Positions 57,600-64,000 of a stretch of 64,000 bases of DNA are shown here, piece after piece (the first letter of the stretch is position 1; every line of letters begins with the position of its first letter). The notes beneath the pieces are model-generated. The model did no database searches. It saw only the letters and a program-made list of their open reading frames with translations, and was not told the origin of the DNA. The translations under genes were made by a program, and so were the position numbers. Source of the DNA: Calditrichaceae bacterium (GTDB taxonomy: Bacteria > Calditrichota > Calditrichia > Calditrichales > JBFXGD01); the NCBI GenBank assembly GCA_050173015.1, contig JBFXLE010000005.1:112194-176193 (forward strand), in the 5' to 3' direction.

Positions 57600-59117
57600 G
57601 TGACATTCATGAGATGGCAATTACCACGATCGACTCAAAATTGGATCACTCTCATTGGCGCCACAATAGCTATAATCAGTTTGTTTATGATTATATTTCT
57701 TTTTGTTGTATCCACTTTTTGGGTTTCGAACCATACCTATCTTGGGTTGGTTATATATATAATGCTTCCGGCTGTCATGATTATGGGGCTGTTGTTAATC
57801 CCTCTGGGAATGTTTGTTCAGATGAACCGGGAGAAGAAGCATAAAACGGTAATCAGACCGCCCTGGCCGCGCATAGATTTAAATGATTCGGTGCATCGAA
57901 ACGCGTTTTTTATTTTCACCGTCGGGACAACAATTCTTCTGTTTTTGTCCGCGATCGGAAGTTATGAAGCATTTCATTTTACCGAGTCTGTTTCGTTTTG
58001 CGGAGAGACCTGTCATTCCGTGATGCATCCGGAGTTTGTCGCGTATCAAAATTCCCCCCATGCCAGGGTGTCGTGCGTGGAGTGCCATGTGGGTTCGGGG
58101 GCAGACTGGTATGTGAGGTCCAAGATGTCCGGAACCTACCAGGTTTATGCCGTTCTCGCGGATGTATATCCGAAACCCATTCCAACCCCCATTGAAAATT
58201 TGCGACCGGCGAGAGAGACGTGTGAGCAATGCCACTGGCCGCAAAAGTTTTACTCCTTTAAAATCCGCCACGAAACCCATTATCTCTCAGATGAAAATAA
58301 TACGCAGTGGGATATTGATCTGGTGATGAAAATCGGGGCCAAAAAATCGGCGCTCGGGCTTCAGGAAGGGATCCACTGGCATATAAATCCTGATATAAAA
58401 ATTGAATATATCGCATCGGATAAGACAAGGGAAAAGCTGCCGTGGGTGCGCTATACCAACCGGAAAACAGGCGAAACAATTATATATAACGATCAGGATG
58501 AACCTCTTGATGAAGATCAGATAATGAATGGTGAAATGAGGACAATGGAGTGTATCGATTGCCATAACAGACCGTCGCATAATTACAGACCGCCGACCCT
58601 GTTTATCAACGAGGCCATGACTGCCGGGGCGATTCCAAAAGAACTGCCAAACATCAAGTCCGTGGCCATCGATCTGTGTGCCGAAGAATATTCAACAATG
58701 GATTCCGCGATGATGAGTATTGAAAAAGAAATCCATGAATATTACCGGGAAAATTACCCGGATATATACGAAAGTAAAACAGAACTGATCGGAATGGCGG
58801 TTACGGGTCTGCAGGAATCATTTTCAAAGAATATATTCCCGGAAATGAAGGTGAAATGGAGCGCCTACCCGAATCATATCGGGCATCTTGAATTCAACGG
58901 CTGTTTCCGCTGCCACAATGATACGCATACCAGCGAAAAGGGAGATATTATCAGGAAAGACTGCAACCTGTGTCATGTCATTAACGCCCAGGGGACTGCT
59001 GAAAATATGGAAATCGGGCGAGTGGGGGACGCGCTTGAATTCAAGCATCCGGAAGATATTGATGAAGCCTGGAAGGAAATGCTGTGCATCGATTGTCATA
59101 CAGGTTTAAATCCATAG
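57600..59117 (+). CDS. Membrane-anchored multiheme cytochrome c with NapC/NirT-like N-terminus (ImcH-like)
   Basis: Three TM helices; six CxxCH motifs plus one CxxxCH (CGETCH). Confidence 0.85.
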   Translation: MTFMRWQLPRSTQNWITLIGATIAIISLFMIIFLFVVSTFWVSNHTYLGLVIYIMLPAVMIMGLLLIPLGMFVQMNREKKHKTVIRPPWPRIDLNDSVHRNAFFIFTVGTTILLFLSAIGSYEAFHFTESVSFCGETCHSVMHPEFVAYQNSPHARVSCVECHVGSGADWYVRSKMSGTYQVYAVLADVYPKPIPTPIENLRPARETCEQCHWPQKFYSFKIRHETHYLSDENNTQWDIDLVMKIGAKKSALGLQEGIHWHINPDIKIEYIASDKTREKLPWVRYTNRKTGETIIYNDQDEPLDEDQIMNGEMRTMECIDCHNRPSHNYRPPTLFINEAMTAGAIPKELPNIKSVAIDLCAEEYSTMDSAMMSIEKEIHEYYRENYPDIYESKTELIGMAVTGLQESFSKNIFPEMKVKWSAYPNHIGHLEFNGCFRCHNDTHTSEKGDIIRKDCNLCHVINAQGTAENMEIGRVGDALEFKHPEDIDEAWKEMLCIDCHTGLNP

Positions 59118-59147
59118 TAAAAATGACTCACATTGGCGTGAAATCGA

Positions 59148-59180
59148 CAAAAATAGCAGCTTCGGCTGCTATTTTTGTTT
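59148..59180 (+). terminator. Intrinsic terminator
   Basis: CAAAAATAGCAGC-TTCG-GCTGCTATTTTTG. Confidence 0.85.
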
Positions 59181-59218
59181 GAGCTGTCAATAATGAAATA
59201 ATGTTCTAATTAGAAACA

Positions 59219-60190
59219 ATGCGTAAAATCAAACGTAAATACTTCGAAAGACAAAAAGGAGTTCCATTGTTTGCATTAGAAACACAAGGTCTGACAAAAT
59301 ACTATTCCGGCGGAAAAGTAAAAGCGCTGGAAGAATTTTCCCTGCAGGTGGAAAAAGGTAAAATATTCAGTTTACTGGGACCCAACGGGGCCGGTAAAAC
59401 CACATTGATCAAACTACTGCTTGGAATCGCATTCCCAACCCGCGGGACCGCGCAAATACTCGGCAAATCAATCAGAAATCACGAGATTCACAATGATATA
59501 GGTTATCTGGCGGAAAACCATCATTTCCCGAATTTTCTCTCCGCAAATCAGATTTTATATTATTATGGTAAAATGTCGGGCGTGCCGGCTGCCGATTCGA
59601 AAAACCGAATTCCGGAATTACTGGAAATTGTAAAGCTTTCAGAATGGGGAAACACTAAAATTAAAAATTTTTCAAAGGGAATGCTGCAACGTCTCGGTAT
59701 CGCGCAGGCGTTGATCAATGATCCGCAGATCCTGTTTCTTGATGAACCAACCGACGGTATTGATCCGGTTGGGCGCAGAGAAGTGCGTGATTTGCTTTCT
59801 TCGCTGAGAAACGAGGGTAAAACAATCTTTCTTAATTCGCACCTGCTCTCCGAGGTTGAACGGGTTTCCGACGAGATCGCCATCCTGAAAAATGGGCGGC
59901 TGCTCCAAAAGGGACGGGTTCAGGATTTTATCAACATCAAAGAACAATATCAAATAAAACTCACAGACGGCGCGGAACGAATTGATTCCGTCTGCGGGCG
60001 TTTAAACATCTCCTTAAGCTCCCAAAACGGTTATCATATTGTCCATGTGGTTGATGATATACAGCTGAACAATCTGCTGGATCAATTGCGAAAAGGCGAT
60101 AATCTGATAAAGGAAGTGATACCAAGAAAAATATCGCTTGAAGAGTTCTTTATAGATGTGGTTGAAGATAAACCGGAGACGAGTAAATGA
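59219..60190 (+). CDS. ABC transporter ATP-binding protein
   Basis: GPNGAGKTT, FSKGMLQR, LFLDEPT, NSH. Confidence 0.93.
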   Translation: MRKIKRKYFERQKGVPLFALETQGLTKYYSGGKVKALEEFSLQVEKGKIFSLLGPNGAGKTTLIKLLLGIAFPTRGTAQILGKSIRNHEIHNDIGYLAENHHFPNFLSANQILYYYGKMSGVPAADSKNRIPELLEIVKLSEWGNTKIKNFSKGMLQRLGIAQALINDPQILFLDEPTDGIDPVGRREVRDLLSSLRNEGKTIFLNSHLLSEVERVSDEIAILKNGRLLQKGRVQDFINIKEQYQIKLTDGAERIDSVCGRLNISLSSQNGYHIVHVVDDIQLNNLLDQLRKGDNLIKEVIPRKISLEEFFIDVVEDKPETSK

Positions 60191-61008
60191 AGACATTGGC
60201 GATCATTCAACTGACATTCAGGGAATCTCTTGCAAAAAAAACATTCATTGCATTCTTTGGTATATCGACACTCGTTTGTTTGCTGTTTATTTTCGCGCTC
60301 AATCTCGATATTGTTGACGGAGCACAGTCGTATATTTCTCTATTCGGGAAAGAAATTGAACAAGCCGTTCCTGTTCAGAAGATTATTCTGGGAATTGAGG
60401 GCGGCCTTGCGGTATTGCTATTTACGGGGGGATTGTTTTTATCCCTTTTCGCCACAAGCAATCTGATTCCTTCGATGCTCGAGCCGGGCAGTATTGACTT
60501 ATTAATTTCCAAACCCGTTAGCCGGAGCAATATTCTTGCGGGCCGGTTTGCCGGAGGCGTGGCGATCGTGGCATTTAATGTGTTTTATCTTGTCGTATTC
60601 TCATGGTTAATTCTTTCGATCAAAACATCCGTTTGGAATTGGGGATTCTTGTTGGCCGGTGTAATGATCGTTATTACTTTCATCATTTTATTTACGCTTA
60701 TGACTTTTCTCGGAATAGTGACGCGAAGCGGTCCGTTCTCATTAATGATTACTTATGCGATTCTTTTCTTCAGTCCCTTGTTATTACAACGGGATCAAAT
60801 ATACGCGTTATTATCGAATAAGATATATGGCTATATCCTTGACGGGTTGTATCATTTCTTCCCAAAAGCCGCGGAGCTTGGTGAAATTACGGAACGGCTG
60901 GTAAGAGGTGTCGATGTTGCGAGCTGGGTGCCTCTGTGGACGTCGCTTTTGTTTGGAGCTTTTATGATGATCACAACCGCAATCATTTTTGAAAAGAAAA
61001 ATTTTTAG
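60187..61008 (+). CDS. ABC-2 type permease
   Basis: Six TM helices, GSIDLLISKPVSR, C-terminal FEKKNF; overlaps the ATPase stop. Confidence 0.85.
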   Translation: MKTLAIIQLTFRESLAKKTFIAFFGISTLVCLLFIFALNLDIVDGAQSYISLFGKEIEQAVPVQKIILGIEGGLAVLLFTGGLFLSLFATSNLIPSMLEPGSIDLLISKPVSRSNILAGRFAGGVAIVAFNVFYLVVFSWLILSIKTSVWNWGFLLAGVMIVITFIILFTLMTFLGIVTRSGPFSLMITYAILFFSPLLLQRDQIYALLSNKIYGYILDGLYHFFPKAAELGEITERLVRGVDVASWVPLWTSLLFGAFMMITTAIIFEKKNF

Positions 61009-61017
61009 GAGGTTGTA

Positions 61018-62010
61018 ATGAAAAAGCGACTATTGTTAATATTTATCCTCGCGGGTATAGCGTTTTCCGTGTGGAGCTGCGATGTGGAAAGATCGGAACC
61101 GATCAACTCGAAAATGGCTGAACAACTGGCTATGCTGCCTCAAAATGCTGATGGTCTTATGTATATCAATGCTGAAAAGATTATTAAAAGTAAATTTTTT
61201 AATTTAATGATGGATAGCGCGGGATATTGCCTGGAAGACAACAAGGACTTCAAGGAAATGGAGGATCTGACAGGATTTAATATAAGAACAGACGCCAGGG
61301 AAGCATATTTTACGTATTCAGCCACAAAGGACACGCTGGGCGATAAATTTCTTGCAGTGGTTACCGGTCGCTATAATGAATCCAAGATAATGGAGTTTAT
61401 CCATCAAAATAAGAATGGGGCAGATATTCTCTACGAAGAGTTCGAAGGAATAAAAATATATTATTTCTCCGGCAAAGATATCCAATTCTGCTTTCCGGAT
61501 CAGGAGACATTTGTTTTCGGGCATAAAAAAACAATCAGATCGTGGATAGAAAAATTAAAAGCCGGCGCGTATAAAAAACCGGGTGGCAAATGGTTTGATG
61601 TGGTTAAAGACATAAAATATAAAAACGGCATATATTTTACAATGGATCCAAAGGGAGTGGTCGATCAAATGATGTCGGAAATGAAACGATTTGATGATTC
61701 ACAAAAGTTTGAGGCGTTTAAGTCCGTGGAAAATATAAGTTTCTCAATGGATATGGATGATAAACTCAGATTTGACGGGTGGGGAAACTTCGGAAATAAG
61801 GAAACTGCCGAATTGTTTTTTGATTCGGCAAAAGGATTACTTGCAACCCTAAAATTATCGGTTAGCGGTGACCGTGACGCCGTAGATGTGGTTAATAAAG
61901 TGAAGATCGCGCAGAAAAAAGAAAGTGTTCAGGTGAAGTTTGAAATCACGGGAGAAGACGCGCGAAAGCTGATTTCCCGCGGCCAATTCCCAAAATTCGC
62001 CATAAAGTAA
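61018..62010 (+). CDS. Putative lipoprotein
   Basis: Lipobox VWSC; GGAGG RBS; in an operon with the ABC genes. Confidence 0.65.
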   Translation: MKKRLLLIFILAGIAFSVWSCDVERSEPINSKMAEQLAMLPQNADGLMYINAEKIIKSKFFNLMMDSAGYCLEDNKDFKEMEDLTGFNIRTDAREAYFTYSATKDTLGDKFLAVVTGRYNESKIMEFIHQNKNGADILYEEFEGIKIYYFSGKDIQFCFPDQETFVFGHKKTIRSWIEKLKAGAYKKPGGKWFDVVKDIKYKNGIYFTMDPKGVVDQMMSEMKRFDDSQKFEAFKSVENISFSMDMDDKLRFDGWGNFGNKETAELFFDSAKGLLATLKLSVSGDRDAVDVVNKVKIAQKKESVQVKFEITGEDARKLISRGQFPKFAIK

Positions 62011-62018
62011 ACTCCAAT

Positions 62019-62061
62019 ACAATCCCGGCGATTTTTTCATAATTCCGGGATTGTTTTTTTT
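62019..62061 (+). terminator. Intrinsic terminator
   Basis: ACAATCCCGG...CCGGGATTGT followed by a T-run. Confidence 0.7.
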
Positions 62062-62231
62062 ATCACCTATCCCAATAGCCATTTTTTTATCACTTCCACA
62101 GTTTTACACAAAAAATTCATAAAACTATAAAGTTGTCGAAGATCATAGATATTTCGATCCTGCCCGGGTATTTTAATCAAAGGTAAGGTTTGGTTTGCAT
62201 ATTTTTCGGTTTCATTTATGGAGGATTTATC

Positions 62232-63647
62232 ATGAGAACAAGGCTAATCATATTGTTATCGGCCGGAATTTTTATTTTTGGATGTGAGAATGACTCAACT
62301 TCTCCAAAGGCAACTCTGGAGATTGATGCTGTTGTCGAACAGTCCGCGTCGGTGGGTTGGGAAGTAAACAGAATGGCGGGCAGCAGTAATGAAATTGCAT
62401 CTCTGACCGGTGAAAGTGATTATGCCGGTGATACGGAGATTGGAAATTTCAACAGCGCGGCAAAGATGAAGACTCAGGCTGTAAATATGAAAATTGAAGC
62501 AGCGGAATATCTCCCCAACCGGATGAGTCTGAGTAAGACCACCGGCGATTCTCTATACTATTTCGAGGAATCAATCAATGAAATGACCGGCTTTGGGGTG
62601 CGTAAGGCTCTTTATTATAATTCTGAAACGGGTATCGCAAGATTTTATGAAACGATTTTTCAATTTCCAAACTGGATGAATCTGGAGTATGATTCAAGTG
62701 AAATCCAAATAAACACCAATTATACATTGGAAGATGATTCGGATGATTATCTCGAGAGTCTATATAAAATTCAAAATTTCAAAGATACCTTCTTTATAGA
62801 TTATATTGAATCCGCATTGACGGTTACCGACCACGAGGGGAATGACATCAAGGCATTTACGGCGTCTATGGATGCCTATTATAATGAAGGGATGAATCTT
62901 TCTCATCTTCGCCAGTCAATGGTAATAAATATTGATCAATCGGGCACTTTGCGGGAAGATTTTGAATTTCGCGATGGTAAAACCGCCTATAACAGCGTCA
63001 CTTTTTACGCAAATCATACCGGTGAATTTTCAAAATTGCTGAGAAACGGGACATTGATTTCCGGAACGTTTGACAGTGTGGAAGATGACCTTAGCGGGTT
63101 CTATAGTGAAATGATCAATTTTCCCGAAGGTTCATATATTGATCAAATTAATCGCTCAGCGGGGATAGAAATCACCTTACCTGATTCCATTCTGAATATC
63201 ACGCTGAGGGAAGCGATCTATTTTGAATCCGGCAACATCGACTCATCGAGCGCGGATATAACAGTCCAAAATATCGACGGAGTTAAAATCACGGTCATAG
63301 ATCTAACAAAATCCAATTCTGCTAACGGCACGATCACCATCGTGGAGCAAGATACGGAAAGCTCACTCAGCGGAAACTGGACAACCAGGGATAATTATTA
63401 TATTGTCTTTGAAGCCGAATCATATTTTGACGGCAGTTCTCATCTATACTATGAAGTATATCTAAATGAGGAAGCTTACAATAACGGTGATACGGCGCTT
63501 ATTACCGGAGATTATAATTTCTCACCGGATCAAACCGGTCAGGGAACGCTCACCTATGGCGGGAAAACATACCTGATATCATTTAGCGACGCCGCCCGGG
63601 CAGAGATTAGTTCCGGCGGTGAATCGGCGAGTATTAGTTTATTCTAA
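62232..63647 (+). CDS. Acidic beta-rich putative lipoprotein
   Basis: GGAGG RBS before ATG 62232; lipobox IFGC. Confidence 0.7.
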   Translation: MRTRLIILLSAGIFIFGCENDSTSPKATLEIDAVVEQSASVGWEVNRMAGSSNEIASLTGESDYAGDTEIGNFNSAAKMKTQAVNMKIEAAEYLPNRMSLSKTTGDSLYYFEESINEMTGFGVRKALYYNSETGIARFYETIFQFPNWMNLEYDSSEIQINTNYTLEDDSDDYLESLYKIQNFKDTFFIDYIESALTVTDHEGNDIKAFTASMDAYYNEGMNLSHLRQSMVINIDQSGTLREDFEFRDGKTAYNSVTFYANHTGEFSKLLRNGTLISGTFDSVEDDLSGFYSEMINFPEGSYIDQINRSAGIEITLPDSILNITLREAIYFESGNIDSSSADITVQNIDGVKITVIDLTKSNSANGTITIVEQDTESSLSGNWTTRDNYYIVFEAESYFDGSSHLYYEVYLNEEAYNNGDTALITGDYNFSPDQTGQGTLTYGGKTYLISFSDAARAEISSGGESASISLF

Positions 63648-63660
63648 TAAAAAAAACATG

Positions 63661-63688
63661 GGCGGATGCAATAGTATCCGCCTTTTTT
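63661..63688 (+). terminator. Intrinsic terminator
   Basis: GGCGGATGC-aata-GTATCCGCC-TTTTTT. Confidence 0.8.
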
Positions 63689-63916
63689 GTGTTAGCTATA
63701 ATCTTAAATTCTATTTGGCAAAGAAACATCATACAGTAATAATATTTTTCATATAAAACAAAGCCGGGATGAATGCGTATATTATTCAGGAGCTGTAATT
63801 GAAATAATGATCGAATAATATAAAAATATATATTTGTCCAAAGCAGGATAACTCATCATCCAGACGCGGTTTTTAGTTCTCAGTTTAATAAATTCTGGAG
63901 TAACCGGATGAAGTGG

Positions 63917-64000
63917 ATGCTAAGAAACATTGTTATTTTTTTGATGTTGGCGACTACCATTAGCTGTGTCAATCGGATTCACCGATACGAGGGTAATCAG
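63917..64000 (+). CDS. Start of a possible lipoprotein (runs off window end)
   Basis: MLRNIVIFLMLATTISC signal peptide/lipobox. Confidence 0.4.
   Translation, partial: MLRNIVIFLMLATTISCVNRIHRYEGNQ

Overview
This is a bacterial chromosomal window that contains the replication origin. The gene content (LPS, Tat, PFOR, multiheme cytochrome) suggests a Gram-negative, anaerobe-like organism, possibly FCB/Calditrichota-like; that assignment is inference only. Positions 1-13.7 kb hold the oriC neighbourhood: gyrA-gyrB-dciA-recF-dnaN on the minus strand, then oriC with DnaA boxes and trios but no dnaA, then rpmH-rnpA-yidD-yidC-mnmE-mnmG-rsmG-murQ on the plus strand, with two parS sites and no parAB. 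Positions 13.7-40 kb are mostly housekeeping: a ParB-like plus SPL-like radical SAM pair, antiporters, galT/glgA/gmhB, rpiB-glyA-tatC, LPS genes and nifJ. Positions 40.3-55.1 kb form an accessory island. It starts with a tyrosine-recombinase C-terminal remnant followed by a co-oriented integron-like cassette array with seven ~130-bp attC-like sites. The cassettes carry a metallopeptidase lipoprotein, a DNA methyltransferase plus DGQHR-domain pair, an Lnt/nitrilase-like gene, a CPBP protease, an ORF-less cassette, katG and an AlkD-like gene. The array is interrupted by an IS200/IS605-type HUH tnpA embedded in about 32 GAA-triloop palindromic repeats built from recurring spacers. Positions 55-64 kb hold a DUF5916-like protein, an ImcH-like heptaheme cytochrome, an ABC transporter and lipoproteins. 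All calls were made by eye from motifs; no database searches were run.
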